The notes under the pieces: model-generated
What the model was told of the DNA's origin: nothing
Seen by the model: the letters and a program-made list of their open reading frames with translations, nothing else
Database searches by the model: none
Virus record (IMG/VR): IMGVR_UViG_3300031525_000004
Source of the DNA: a virus
Strand: one strand, 5' to 3'
Length of the DNA: 64,000 nucleotides
Program-made: the position numbers and the translations under genes
Part shown: piece by piece, positions 33,607 to 43,829 of the stretch
Layout: every line of letters starts with the position of its first letter
Position numbering within the stretch: position 1 is the stretch's first letter

Positions 33607-36600
33607 CGCCTGGGCGCAGGTGGGATCGGCCATCTCCGGCCAGTTTGTTACGCCCACCGGCACGCCCGCATCGAACGCTAGGGTGACGGTCTGCCCGTAC
33701 ACCGCTACCGGCCTGCCCTGCTCGCCGCAAGCGACCATCTACTCGGACCCGGCGCTGACCCTGCCGCTTTCGCAGCCTTATGGACTCGACCAGTTCGGCA
33801 ATCTGAACGTCTGGGTGACCGCCGGCAGCTACATCGTTCAGATCCAGGTCAACCTGACCATCAGCTATTCGTACGTGGTCACGGCCGGAGGGAGCGGAGG
33901 CGGGGGCGGCGGGGGGATCACCAGCATCGGCGCCAGCTCTCCCGTTGTCGTCACCCCGTCACCAATCACCAATACGGGCACGGTGAGTTGCCCACTCTGC
34001 ATCTTCGGCTCCGGCATCACGAACTTCTACGCGCTGTTCTCCGGGGCGCAGCAGGTGTCTACCGGCGGCCTGAGCGATGTGGCCGGGATCGTGAACTCGT
34101 CTGAACCCGTGGCGATCAATTCTACCGGCCAATCTGCGATATTCTTCGGCATTCAGAACGCGGCGATTGCCGACGTTCCAGGTAACTACCTTGGACTCTT
34201 CGGGCCAACCGCTGGAACTCCAGCCTACGGGCTACAGGTCGCTCCAGTGGCTCCGCCGAGCGAAGGCCAGCAGTTGCTCTACCACGCTGCTACCCTCATC
34301 AACGGAGCGTTTCAGGCGATTCCCTTTTGGGCGACGCCGGGAGGAGGGGGTTCTGGTTGTATTGTCGGGGCTTCGGGGTTTGCGCAGTTCTCAAATGGTA
34401 CAGGGTGCGTGAGTGAATTCATTGATTATGGAGTGACCCAAGCGCAAACTTTAACTTTATCTGTTCCTGGCGGTGACTCCAATAGGATCGAATTAGATGC
34501 TCCGGAGATTACAGGGACATCGACTGGAGGAGGCATTGATATAAATGCTGGAAACGTTAAGTCTCTTGGCCCTGGAGGTGAGGGTTCGGTCTGGATTTAT
34601 GGAAACGACGAGGATTTTGGGTGGGTTCTACTCAGCTATGGAGCGGGAAAGATTATAGCTGGCGAGGTAGATGAATGTGCTCCGGGAACGAATCCCGGAG
34701 TCTGCGATAGCACTGCTGGTCAAATCGATATAAATATTGACGGTACTGAAAACTTTACCGGAAATAGCGGCGGCATAAATGTTTCCCAAAACGGCGGGGG
34801 TATCGAAAATGAGGGATTTTCCCTTAATGGGTATAATGCAAACTCCGCATCCACGGTCAATCTGAGCTTCGATCCTACCGTACAGGATGTAGACGCGACC
34901 TCCGGAGCCGTCACGGTCAATCTACCTCTGGCATCAAGAGACGATGGCGAGACCTATTTCATTAAAAAGATCGACTCCAGCGGTAATGCTGTCACGGTGA
35001 CCGCTAATTCTGGAGATCTGATCGACGGAGCTGCAACCTATCCTCTCGCAACTCAGTACGACTGGGTTATGTTGGTGTCTACTGGAAGCCATGCTTGGGA
35101 CGTATATAGCGCACAGGGTAGCGGCGGCGGTGGAGGAAGCGGTACTGTAACCAGCTTCTCTACGGGAAGTTGGCCGTCATGGCTCGTGCCTTCGGTAGCA
35201 AACCCGACTACGACGCCTACTCTGTCTGTGACCTCTTCGCTTACCTTAGCGAATGTCGCAGCGGGCGCTTCGCCCACCGGTCTGTTCGACTTCTCAGGTG
35301 CGACCGCTTTCAAGGTTCCGACTCACGCCGGCGCTACTGCTGCCGCTCCAGGTGAGTTGATATACGACTCTACCAACGGCAACATGCACACGAACTACGT
35401 GGGCACGGACTTGATCGTAGCCGGGTTCCCGTCGGCCTCTCTGCCGACCAGCGGACACTGCGCTGAATTTATCGAGATCGGCGCGTGGTGGGAAATTGCC
35501 GATGCGGGAGCGGCCTGCGGCGGAGGCGGAGGAAGCGGCACGGTCAACAGCGGCACATCCGGCCAAGTGGCTTTTTATGCATCTACCGGCACGGCGGTAA
35601 GCGGGGAAACGCACGTGACCACGGCGCAACTTGGATCAGGAACGGCAGCAGCGGGATCGTATGTAGATGGGGCATCCGGGGCGTGGACTGTACTTCCGTT
35701 CAAGTCTTTGACTACGACAGGTACAAGTGGGGCCGCTACCCTTACTTCGGGTGTGCTCAACGTCCCACAGTACACTGGCGGAGGCGCAAGCTATACCAAT
35801 GTGGTGGCGTCCTCAACCGCAGACACAACCGTTGCCGCAATCAACGCGAAATGTACCGGAGGGCAGACATACTGGGCCAGCGTTCCGATTTCTATAGCTA
35901 CAGGGGGCACGATTGCTTCAGGCTGCAACGTAATGTTTGTCATAGGCGGCGTATGGACTATTGCCGGCGGACAGACGGTAACTTTCGCGAATCCCATTCA
36001 GGAGAATGACGGTCCATCGTCACACTTCACCGGCTCTGGTGTGGTGTCTTTACCTGCGCAGGACGCGCGGCCTGAGTGGTTTGGCGCGGTTGGATATACG
36101 ACGGAGACCACAGCAACTACAGGCGGGTCGTGCACAACCAATTCGACTTCGGCAATTCAATCGACCATCACTGCAATGACCACTGGGCAAGTCTTGTTGC
36201 AACCTCTCGTATACTGCGTCAATTCCGCCCTCAGTATCGGTAAGAGCGCGGTAGGCATCCACGGTAGTCAGTACGGATTCCAGGCGCAGGGAGGCTATAC
36301 AGAGGCGCTTGCGGGTGGATCTATGATCATCACAACATCAGCTTCAGCGGACATTGTTGACGCGGCTGGCGCGGACAGCACCCACCTCCTGCAATGGAAC
36401 AAGTTCGATTACTTCTCTCTGACAAGAGGCGTAACCCCGAGCGGCACGGCTACCGGACTATCCTTGTCGTTCGTGGCAGGAGCAACCGTCGATCATGTGA
36501 TTGTGGCTGACAGTATGCGCGGATTCTACTGCCAATTCTGCCCTGCCAATGGCAGCGGGATCATTCAGAACTCTGGTGTATGGTGGGACTTCAATGGAAT

Positions 36601-38671
36601 ATCTGAGAGCGGATTAACGATGTATGGTTTCTACCTCGATGGGTCCAGTTTTGCGGAAAACAGCATCAGGCTTCAAAATCTGATCGAAGATAACGGAAAT
36701 GGTGCGACCAGCAACACCACTTACGGAATATACGAAATTGGGGCTTTGAACGATGTAAAAATTACCGATAATGAGACCGAAAACCTAAGCTACGGTATGT
36801 ATGCCGACCACACCGTAGACGGATCGATCTCCTCCAGCGATATATCGTGGATCAACCCGCTGATGAATGATTGCGTTGTCTCGTGTCTGTACGTGACCGG
36901 ACTGGACCTCAATGGCGATCCCAGCATGAAGATCATCGGCGCATGGACTAGTACCTCTGGCTCGGGAACCCCGCACAACGTAGACATTATCAATAGCGGT
37001 GGAGTTCAAGTTATCGGCGGTCATTTTACGCAGCACGATTTCACTAACGCAACCATCGGCATCAACATCTCCGGAGGACGCAACAATAGCCTAATTGGCA
37101 ACTGGCTAAATAACACATCCGACGGTTGCATGATTACGATTTCTGGCTCCAATGACAACCTCGTCACCGGCAACCATATTCACATTGAAAATGGTGCATT
37201 CGCGGCTACGGTTGTTGACGTTTGCCTTACTGGAAGTTCTAGCTTAAATGCGTTCAGCGGAAACCTTCTGGATGGGTTTGCTTTGCAAGGCATGAACTTT
37301 GGGGGTAGCACCGCGAACAACACGCTAGACAATACAAACAACATCGACCCAACGAACATCGCTACGCCGATTGTGGACACCGGAACTAACAATCGCAACC
37401 TCAGCGTTAATGCCCTGACGGCAAATAGCATGATTGATTTGGGACTGACAGCAAGCACAAGCCCGATTTGCCCTAACGGAGCAGGTGGAGCGTTTACTAC
37501 GGTAGGATGCTCAGGCGGCGGAGGGGGTTCAGCGTTCTCGGCAATCACTAGTGGTACCAATACTTCAGCGGCGATGGTTGTGGGTAGCGGATCAAGCCTG
37601 ACAGTAAGCGGGTCAGGTACAAACAACGCAACTTCAATCGGTGGAGTGGCAGTTACCGGAACGCCATCTGTAGGATTCGTTCCTACGGCGACAAGTGGCA
37701 GTGCTGCAACATGGCAAGCCGCGTCCGGAGGAGGTGGTGGCGGAGGAACATCTGGTTGGTCTGGAGCACCAATCTCTCTATTAGTGTCAGCCACGCAATA
37801 TGTACCCTGGGTGGGCGGAGGATCGACGAGCACCACGGAATCACTCGTACAAAACAAAGCTCCAGCCGCGTTCTCAATTGCAAATCTGCAACTAAGTCTC
37901 AGTGCCTCTCTAGGAACTGGAACGACGCTCGCGGTGACTCTGCGGGATGGGGGAGCATCCGAGGCTTTGACCTGCACCACGGCTTCTGGAGGCACAACCT
38001 GTACAGACACGACTCATACGTTCAGCGTAGCGCAGGGAGACTTGCTGGATTTCGTTATTACAGCTACAGGCACGGTGACAGCGGCAACGCCGGAAATCAT
38101 TTTGAGTTACACGATAGGAGTGCCTGCGACGAGTGCGGGAGGTGGTTCAACTGAAAGCCACACAGCCATCGGTTCAGCAGAGTTGGACTTCACGACCTGT
38201 ATTGCAGGTGGGACGGACAACAATTACACAGTCTATGTGACCAATCTTATTCCAGGTACAAGCGGCGCTGCTCCGCTGCTTGAGTTTTCTACGAATGGCG
38301 GGTCTACTTGGGATACCAGCTCCGTGTACTCATGGGCGCAGGGAAACGTCCAAGTAGGTGGGGGTACGACGGGTAACAATACCGCCGCCAGCGTGGGAGG
38401 CATCCTCCTATTTGGAGTTAACAACACCTCTGGACCTTCCGCTACTGGTGTATCTTTGAGCGGGACCATGACACTTCAAAATCCGGGCGGAGGGCAGGCG
38501 ATCAAAACGGTCGGATTGCACGATGGTACAGCTAATTACGGTGCATCCTCCTACGCATTTTATATGTCTGGGATGTACGCCAACTCATCTCCTGTAAACG
38601 CTTTTAGGATCGTTTATTCCACCGGCAACATCACCAGTGGCACCGTAGCCTGCTACGCAGTTCCCAACTAA
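33467..38671 (+). CDS. Giant tail-fibre-like / beta-helix protein with N-terminal hydrophobic signal-like segment
   Basis: In-frame Mets at 33467/33482/33488 precede FPAALILLLSLSATSAWAQ. A CarboxypepD_reg-like start (ARVTVCPYTATG...GSYIVQIQV) follows. Modules are separated by Gly runs (GGSGGGGGGG, GGGGGSG x3, GGGGGGG). NNSLIGNWLNNTSDGCMITISGSNDNLVTGNHIHI resembles parallel beta-helix repeats. Confidence 0.75.
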   Translation: MSASLMKMASHAIPYAIANATTRRGASIFSRLFPAALILLLSLSATSAWAQVGSAISGQFVTPTGTPASNARVTVCPYTATGLPCSPQATIYSDPALTLPLSQPYGLDQFGNLNVWVTAGSYIVQIQVNLTISYSYVVTAGGSGGGGGGGITSIGASSPVVVTPSPITNTGTVSCPLCIFGSGITNFYALFSGAQQVSTGGLSDVAGIVNSSEPVAINSTGQSAIFFGIQNAAIADVPGNYLGLFGPTAGTPAYGLQVAPVAPPSEGQQLLYHAATLINGAFQAIPFWATPGGGGSGCIVGASGFAQFSNGTGCVSEFIDYGVTQAQTLTLSVPGGDSNRIELDAPEITGTSTGGGIDINAGNVKSLGPGGEGSVWIYGNDEDFGWVLLSYGAGKIIAGEVDECAPGTNPGVCDSTAGQIDINIDGTENFTGNSGGINVSQNGGGIENEGFSLNGYNANSASTVNLSFDPTVQDVDATSGAVTVNLPLASRDDGETYFIKKIDSSGNAVTVTANSGDLIDGAATYPLATQYDWVMLVSTGSHAWDVYSAQGSGGGGGSGTVTSFSTGSWPSWLVPSVANPTTTPTLSVTSSLTLANVAAGASPTGLFDFSGATAFKVPTHAGATAAAPGELIYDSTNGNMHTNYVGTDLIVAGFPSASLPTSGHCAEFIEIGAWWEIADAGAACGGGGGSGTVNSGTSGQVAFYASTGTAVSGETHVTTAQLGSGTAAAGSYVDGASGAWTVLPFKSLTTTGTSGAATLTSGVLNVPQYTGGGASYTNVVASSTADTTVAAINAKCTGGQTYWASVPISIATGGTIASGCNVMFVIGGVWTIAGGQTVTFANPIQENDGPSSHFTGSGVVSLPAQDARPEWFGAVGYTTETTATTGGSCTTNSTSAIQSTITAMTTGQVLLQPLVYCVNSALSIGKSAVGIHGSQYGFQAQGGYTEALAGGSMIITTSASADIVDAAGADSTHLLQWNKFDYFSLTRGVTPSGTATGLSLSFVAGATVDHVIVADSMRGFYCQFCPANGSGIIQNSGVWWDFNGISESGLTMYGFYLDGSSFAENSIRLQNLIEDNGNGATSNTTYGIYEIGALNDVKITDNETENLSYGMYADHTVDGSISSSDISWINPLMNDCVVSCLYVTGLDLNGDPSMKIIGAWTSTSGSGTPHNVDIINSGGVQVIGGHFTQHDFTNATIGINISGGRNNSLIGNWLNNTSDGCMITISGSNDNLVTGNHIHIENGAFAATVVDVCLTGSSSLNAFSGNLLDGFALQGMNFGGSTANNTLDNTNNIDPTNIATPIVDTGTNNRNLSVNALTANSMIDLGLTASTSPICPNGAGGAFTTVGCSGGGGGSAFSAITSGTNTSAAMVVGSGSSLTVSGSGTNNATSIGGVAVTGTPSVGFVPTATSGSAATWQAASGGGGGGGTSGWSGAPISLLVSATQYVPWVGGGSTSTTESLVQNKAPAAFSIANLQLSLSASLGTGTTLAVTLRDGGASEALTCTTASGGTTCTDTTHTFSVAQGDLLDFVITATGTVTAATPEIILSYTIGVPATSAGGGSTESHTAIGSAELDFTTCIAGGTDNNYTVYVTNLIPGTSGAAPLLEFSTNGGSTWDTSSVYSWAQGNVQVGGGTTGNNTAASVGGILLFGVNNTSGPSATGVSLSGTMTLQNPGGGQAIKTVGLHDGTANYGASSYAFYMSGMYANSSPVNAFRIVYSTGNITSGTVACYAVPN

Positions 38672-38690
38672 CTCTTCGCAAGGAGAAAAC

Positions 38691-39017
38691 ATGTCACAGA
38701 CAATCACCATTGAAGCAGGACAGACACTCACCATAACAACGCCTGTCCAAGTCGATTCCACCGGAACCCCACTGCCCGCTCCCGACCCAACCTACGGATC
38801 GGCGACCATCGCATTCGATTCCACGTTCTTCACTCAGGAAGGCGCTCCGATCAGCGGAGAGTTCCTCCTGAAGAGCACTGGACTGGCTGGGACAACTGAG
38901 GTTACGACCTCGGAAACGTCTTCGGACACGACCAAGCCTGTCATTACCGATGTCATCACCGTCACTGTCACTGAACCGGCTGCGGCTGGTTTGGAATCCA
39001 CTCTCAGCGCAGCTTAA
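38691..39017 (+). CDS. Small Thr-rich beta-type protein
   Basis: RBS AAGGAGAA upstream. 108 aa, T/S/V-rich, between the two giant genes. Confidence 0.55.
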   Translation: MSQTITIEAGQTLTITTPVQVDSTGTPLPAPDPTYGSATIAFDSTFFTQEGAPISGEFLLKSTGLAGTTEVTTSETSSDTTKPVITDVITVTVTEPAAAGLESTLSAA

Positions 39018-39053
39018 CCTCATGGGGGCAGCAATGCCCCCATTCAGGACACC

Positions 39054-42000
39054 ATGAAACTCCGTAATATCGCTCTACTCTTGATGTTCGCGCCCTTGTG
39101 GTGTTCGGCGCAGACGGCCACCGTAACTCTGGATGACGCCGTGACGGTACAGGCCGCGCCCGCCAAGCCGGGAATCAATATTTCCACGCTGAATTTCTTC
39201 GACACCGGAAACTCCATCCTCAAGAACTTCGTGGGGAATAATAGCTGGTCGTTCAACCAGATCGGATCGCGGCAGATAAAGACTTTGACTGCCGCCGGCA
39301 CGTCAACTGTTTTCACCGATCCCGATATTTTCAATCAGCCATTTCAAAATTACTGGGCGGGTGGAACGATTTTCGTGGAAGTCTCGCAGTCTGGCGGAGC
39401 CGAGTTAAACTGCACGTCCGCAATTGCATCGAATCTGGGCCAGACGCAAATCATTTCCGGCTCCATATCTGGATCGGTTGCGACCTTCGTCACGGATATC
39501 GCGTCGGGCTTTACTCCAGGGCAACAGTTCTACGTTAAAAATTCCTCAAACTCCTCGTACAACCAGTTTGGCAACGGTACCGTAACCTCGGTCTCCGGCA
39601 CTACAACTATTGTCACCTACACCGGTACCCTACCCACGGGAACGACTACGGGAGGGTATGTTGGGCAGATTGGCGACAATACGTTTACCCTGTCTACGCC
39701 GTGCGCCGCTCCGCTTACGACAGGTGATGTCATTGTCATCACGCAACCGGCTAGGCCGGTTCCCGCTGCGCAGTGGGCTGCTAATTTCGGCGGAGTTTGG
39801 GCATATCCAACAGGATTAAGCTCAGACACAACCGACCTCTGCGCTACCTGCGGAGACCAGGCTCTGGACATGAACGGCCTGAGCACACCCACGTATACCT
39901 TCTCCTACTTCGACGCTTCGGATACGAATATCAATCTGTTCACGCTGCTTAGTAGCGGAAGCTACAATTTCAGTTTTGACGCTAAGTTGGTGTCTGGATC
40001 GACCACCGGACTCAATGCCAAGATTGTGCGCGGCACAGACTCCGGACCGGGTGTAAATTGCAGTTTCACCCCAACTATGACCACCGGTGTTTGGGCGCAC
40101 TACTCTGCCACATGCACACCTGCGGAGATTGGCATTGTACAGAATATCTCCACTTGCAAGCCGGGGGGACCATTTACCGGATGTACCGTACCAAACACCG
40201 AAGTGACGGTGACGGTTGAGGCGAATGGATCGGAAGTTTACTTCGACAACCTCAACTTCTCCAGCGCCGCTGACACCAACCCAACGCAGTTCTCGCAGAC
40301 ATTCATCACCGCGCTACAAAGCTTGCACCCTGGCACGCTCAGGATGTGGAGCAACCAAAATGCGCAAACTATAGAAAACTGGACCAGACCGACTTCATCT
40401 CAGGACTTGTACGGAACGGCTGGCGACTGGGGCGCGATTAACGGGTCTGCCGATGTGGTGCCCTCGCTCGAAGACTTTTTGCAACTAAACCAGATGGTCG
40501 GCTCCAATCCCTACATCGAGGTTCCGGTTACATTCTCGCCCACGGAAATGTCTCAGATGATCGACTTTCTCTGCGGAGGATCAGGCACGACCTATGGAGC
40601 GAGGCGCATTGCGTTGGGGCAGACTACGCCGTGGTGTCAAGTCTTCTCGCATATCTACCTAACGGTGTGCAACGAATGTTGGAATGGTAACTTCGCGAAC
40701 CAGAACTTGCCGCTTCGCGGCGGCGAGCCTTCCGGTGCCGATGAGTATTACGATTATGGAAAGGTCAACGGCTTGCTCATTGCGGCGGCGCGAGCCACTG
40801 GCAGCTACTCTACCGTAATTCAGTTCGGATTCGATGTCCAAACTGCCGTGACTGCCAACGCAACAAGCATTGGGTTCGCGCATCCAGACTTTCTTGAAAT
40901 GGAAGGATACTGGATGAACAACATGAACCAGTGGACGAATACATGCGGACTGACCACTCCTCCAGCGACTTTGGAGTCATGCACATGGCTACCGGGATTT
41001 GCCGAGCTGTACACCGTGGCGCATGGGCCTGCACTGGATATCTCTACGCACACCGGAGACCCTACGAACTTCTTTGGCTCCGATCAGACCTACCTCGGGC
41101 TGAACATTTGCGGACCGTCGGGAACGGCGGCGTGTCAAGTCTCCGTCTACGAGGAGGGTCCAGGAACGCTTGGGAGTAACGATGGTGTAGAGTCGCCGCA
41201 AGCCTATCTCGATCAGCTCAACGCTGGCGCTGGACAGGCGGCTTATACCGTTATCTCTCTCGCAGAGAAAATGAAGCAGTACAACATCGTGCAGAACTTC
41301 TTCGCGGCCACCGGCTACAACAATGGCGGAAACAACGGAAACACCTTCAAGGGATGGGGATGCTTCGTAGATATTGGCGGAGCCACTGGTAACCTGCGGC
41401 CCGAGTGTAATGGCCTGATGATGCTCAATGCTGCGATGATTGGACCCCTGGCACAGAGCACAATTACGGGCACAGGAACGACGATCTCGACTCCGTACCT
41501 CGACTATGCCGGCGTCGGCCCCGGAACAGGTTCAGGCGAGAACAAGGGAGTATCCATCGTCCCGGCGCTGCCGCTGAACTATAGCTACCTCTTCACCAAT
41601 GGAAGCCAGCGTTCCCTGCTGCTCGTATCTGGAGACACCACTAATACATGGACAATGAACCTCGCGGGCACTAACGTTCCGACAGGCTCAGTCGCCTTGC
41701 AGGACTTCAACCCGTCTACCTGCGCTTCTCCTCCTGCGGGATGGGGGCAACTTGATTGCATGAACGAGACGTACACTGGTGGAGGCAGCACATTTGAGAC
41801 AGCCTCTACGGTAGCTAAGGTCGCATCCACCATTGCGGCACCTGGCAGCGTGACGCTCACGCCGGGAGAGATGAAGCTCTTGACGTGGAATGTAAGCGGG
41901 ACACCGACTGCGGCGACACCAACATTCGCGCCTCCCGCAGGGACGTACACCAGTGCTCAATCCGTGGCTATCACCGCGTCTACCGGATCAGTAATTTGCG

Positions 42001-42764
42001 TGAGCACCACCACCACTCCAGCTACAAACGGAACGACCGGATGCACAACCGGGACGCTCTACACCGGCCCTATAACGGTCTCCGCGAGCGAAACTATCAA
42101 TGCCGTGGCGGGCGGGACCGGATTCTTGGATAGCGCCGTTGGATCGGCAACCTACACCATAACGGCTCCGGCGCTACCTGCCACCCCAACTTTCTCTCCA
42201 GCGGCCGGTTCATTTTCGAGTCCTCAGACCGTCAGCATGGTCACGACTACTCTGGGATGCAATAGCCATGTCGTGTGGAACCTTACCGGAGCGACCGTCG
42301 GCGGGAATCTGACCGGGACAACCGCTGGCAATACGGTATCAGTGCCTTCCTCGGAAACTGTTTACGCCCAGGTTCAGGGTTGCCCGTCGTTTGCCAACTC
42401 GCTCATCGGTAGCGCAGCATACACGATAAGCACGTTGCTCGCGGCGCCAAGTTTATCGCCGCCGGCAGGCACGTATTCCGGGGCCCAATCTGTAACGATT
42501 TCCGATTCGGCTGGCGCCACGATATGCTACGGATTAGGGACGGTGCCGATAGCGCCAACCCCAGGCATTTGCGGTCCGGGCAGCACAACGTACACCGGTC
42601 CTATTATGGTCAGCATGACGCAGGTGATTCGGGCGTTGGCTACCCAGGCGGGGCACGTCAATTCGGTAGTTACGACGGCGGCGTACACTATCAACAGTAC
42701 TTCGATTTTGACCATTTTCCTCGACGGGAAACTGGTTTTCTCTGGGGCCGTCCAGACTCCATAG
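39054..42764 (+). CDS. Secreted giant protein: possible clan GH-A-like glycoside hydrolase core plus three C-terminal CHB_HEX_C-like repeats
   Basis: Signal peptide MKLRNIALLLMFAPLWCSAQ. LHPGTLRMW, VCNECWNG (NE acid/base-like) and VSVYEEGPG (nucleophile-like). Repeats of P.F/L.P.AG.Y...Q.V.I...YTGPI.V near the C-terminus. Confidence 0.7.
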   Translation: MKLRNIALLLMFAPLWCSAQTATVTLDDAVTVQAAPAKPGINISTLNFFDTGNSILKNFVGNNSWSFNQIGSRQIKTLTAAGTSTVFTDPDIFNQPFQNYWAGGTIFVEVSQSGGAELNCTSAIASNLGQTQIISGSISGSVATFVTDIASGFTPGQQFYVKNSSNSSYNQFGNGTVTSVSGTTTIVTYTGTLPTGTTTGGYVGQIGDNTFTLSTPCAAPLTTGDVIVITQPARPVPAAQWAANFGGVWAYPTGLSSDTTDLCATCGDQALDMNGLSTPTYTFSYFDASDTNINLFTLLSSGSYNFSFDAKLVSGSTTGLNAKIVRGTDSGPGVNCSFTPTMTTGVWAHYSATCTPAEIGIVQNISTCKPGGPFTGCTVPNTEVTVTVEANGSEVYFDNLNFSSAADTNPTQFSQTFITALQSLHPGTLRMWSNQNAQTIENWTRPTSSQDLYGTAGDWGAINGSADVVPSLEDFLQLNQMVGSNPYIEVPVTFSPTEMSQMIDFLCGGSGTTYGARRIALGQTTPWCQVFSHIYLTVCNECWNGNFANQNLPLRGGEPSGADEYYDYGKVNGLLIAAARATGSYSTVIQFGFDVQTAVTANATSIGFAHPDFLEMEGYWMNNMNQWTNTCGLTTPPATLESCTWLPGFAELYTVAHGPALDISTHTGDPTNFFGSDQTYLGLNICGPSGTAACQVSVYEEGPGTLGSNDGVESPQAYLDQLNAGAGQAAYTVISLAEKMKQYNIVQNFFAATGYNNGGNNGNTFKGWGCFVDIGGATGNLRPECNGLMMLNAAMIGPLAQSTITGTGTTISTPYLDYAGVGPGTGSGENKGVSIVPALPLNYSYLFTNGSQRSLLLVSGDTTNTWTMNLAGTNVPTGSVALQDFNPSTCASPPAGWGQLDCMNETYTGGGSTFETASTVAKVASTIAAPGSVTLTPGEMKLLTWNVSGTPTAATPTFAPPAGTYTSAQSVAITASTGSVICVSTTTTPATNGTTGCTTGTLYTGPITVSASETINAVAGGTGFLDSAVGSATYTITAPALPATPTFSPAAGSFSSPQTVSMVTTTLGCNSHVVWNLTGATVGGNLTGTTAGNTVSVPSSETVYAQVQGCPSFANSLIGSAAYTISTLLAAPSLSPPAGTYSGAQSVTISDSAGATICYGLGTVPIAPTPGICGPGSTTYTGPIMVSMTQVIRALATQAGHVNSVVTTAAYTINSTSILTIFLDGKLVFSGAVQTP

Positions 42765-42841
42765 AATTTGTGCGAGGGGACTGACGACTTTAGACAGATT
42801 GTTGGTTTTATGTTCTCAATTGACTAGCCGAGGTTCCAAAA

Positions 42842-43324
42842 GTGGAGCGTGATGAGATAGAGAGGTATGTCGTGGAACAGATAGCAATCCACACTCGAAC
42901 CTTTTCCGCTGAATTGAACGACGTGAAAACCAGACTGCGGAGCCTGTATCGCAATGGCGATACGAACGGTGGGCCCGGCTTTCTGGATAAGCGCGTTGAG
43001 GCAGAAGACAAGCGTTATGAGTTGCTTATACGTAATCAGGAAAATACTCACGCCGACGTGCAAACCATTTTGCTCAGGCAGGCCAAGGAAGACGGAAGGC
43101 AGGTCGGCAGGGCGGGACTATCGGAGGAGCAGTCCAAAACTCTCGCCAATCGTATCGGCGTCCTCACGGTGCTGATTGCGTTTCTAGCCCTGGTTGTCGG
43201 CCTATTTGCTCTGATCGAGGGGAAAAAGACGGCTGAAGTCATCTGGCCGCGCGTTTTTCATTCTCAATTTCCGGAAATCGCAGTAGAATCGCAGCAGCAA
43301 GCAGGTTCAGACGGAGCGCACTAG
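42842..43324 (+). CDS. Coiled-coil protein with C-terminal TM segment
   Basis: GTG start. Contains VLTVLIAFLALVVGLFALI near the C-terminus. Confidence 0.5.
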   Translation: MERDEIERYVVEQIAIHTRTFSAELNDVKTRLRSLYRNGDTNGGPGFLDKRVEAEDKRYELLIRNQENTHADVQTILLRQAKEDGRQVGRAGLSEEQSKTLANRIGVLTVLIAFLALVVGLFALIEGKKTAEVIWPRVFHSQFPEIAVESQQQAGSDGAH

Positions 43325-43327
43325 ACC

Positions 43328-43528
43328 ATGCCTACCGACACCACCCCGCCCGCACCATCGTTGCCCGGTACAGGCGCACCGCCGCATGTTCCCAATCCTG
43401 CGCCCAGCCCGATCCCTCCACCGAATCCCACGCCGGCGGTGAACCGTCATCTCTACGCGGACGACTATCCCGATCCGACCGACAAGCAGATCGCGGATTT
43501 CCAGAAGAGCGGCGGGATGCCGCTATGA
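43328..43528 (+). CDS. Pro-rich small protein
   Basis: 66 aa. PPAPSLPGTGAPPHVPNPAPSPIPPPNPTP. Confidence 0.45.
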   Translation: MPTDTTPPAPSLPGTGAPPHVPNPAPSPIPPPNPTPAVNRHLYADDYPDPTDKQIADFQKSGGMPL

Positions 43529-43731
43529 CCGATGTGGTGGCAGTCGCGCTTATCGCGGCGGTTCCGGCAACATTGGGCGCGATTGTGGGGATGATCAACA
43601 AGACGAAGCTCGGCCAAGTGTCTAATCAGATCGACGGGAGGCTGACTGAGTTGCTCGATATAACCCGCAAGGCTTCCCACGCAGAGGGCATGAAGGACGA
43701 AAAGGGCGAGCAGGCGGAAAGGAACAAATGA
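43525..43731 (+). CDS. N-terminal-TM small protein (holin or i-spanin-like)
   Basis: ATGA overlap. MTDVVAVALIAAVPATLGAIVGMI followed by a charged helical tail. Confidence 0.55.
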   Translation: MTDVVAVALIAAVPATLGAIVGMINKTKLGQVSNQIDGRLTELLDITRKASHAEGMKDEKGEQAERNK

Positions 43732-43829
43732 AGCGATTTCTTATCATCCTAGCCTTCGCACTATGCTTCCTGGCGGCGTGCTGGGATATCAACTACATGG
43801 CGCATGACCAGACTGTGAGTGTGCGATGA
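43728..43829 (+). CDS. Small lipoprotein (o-spanin-like, 33 aa; below ORF-track cutoff)
   Basis: Own translation: MKRFLIILAFALCFLAACWDINYMAHDQTVSVR. Lipobox LAAC. ATGA overlaps at both ends. Confidence 0.5.
   Translation: MKRFLIILAFALCFLAACWDINYMAHDQTVSVR

Noticed and set aside
37180-38010. 276-aa minus-strand ORF inside the 1788-aa gene
   Set aside because: It is antisense to a long ORF with a clear modular structure. Its composition is low-complexity (P/V/A-rich) and it has no RBS.
33467-42764. Diversity-generating retroelement targeting the tail-fibre-like genes
   Set aside because: No reverse-transcriptase motifs appear in any ORF of the window, and I could not see a template/variable repeat pair near the C-termini.
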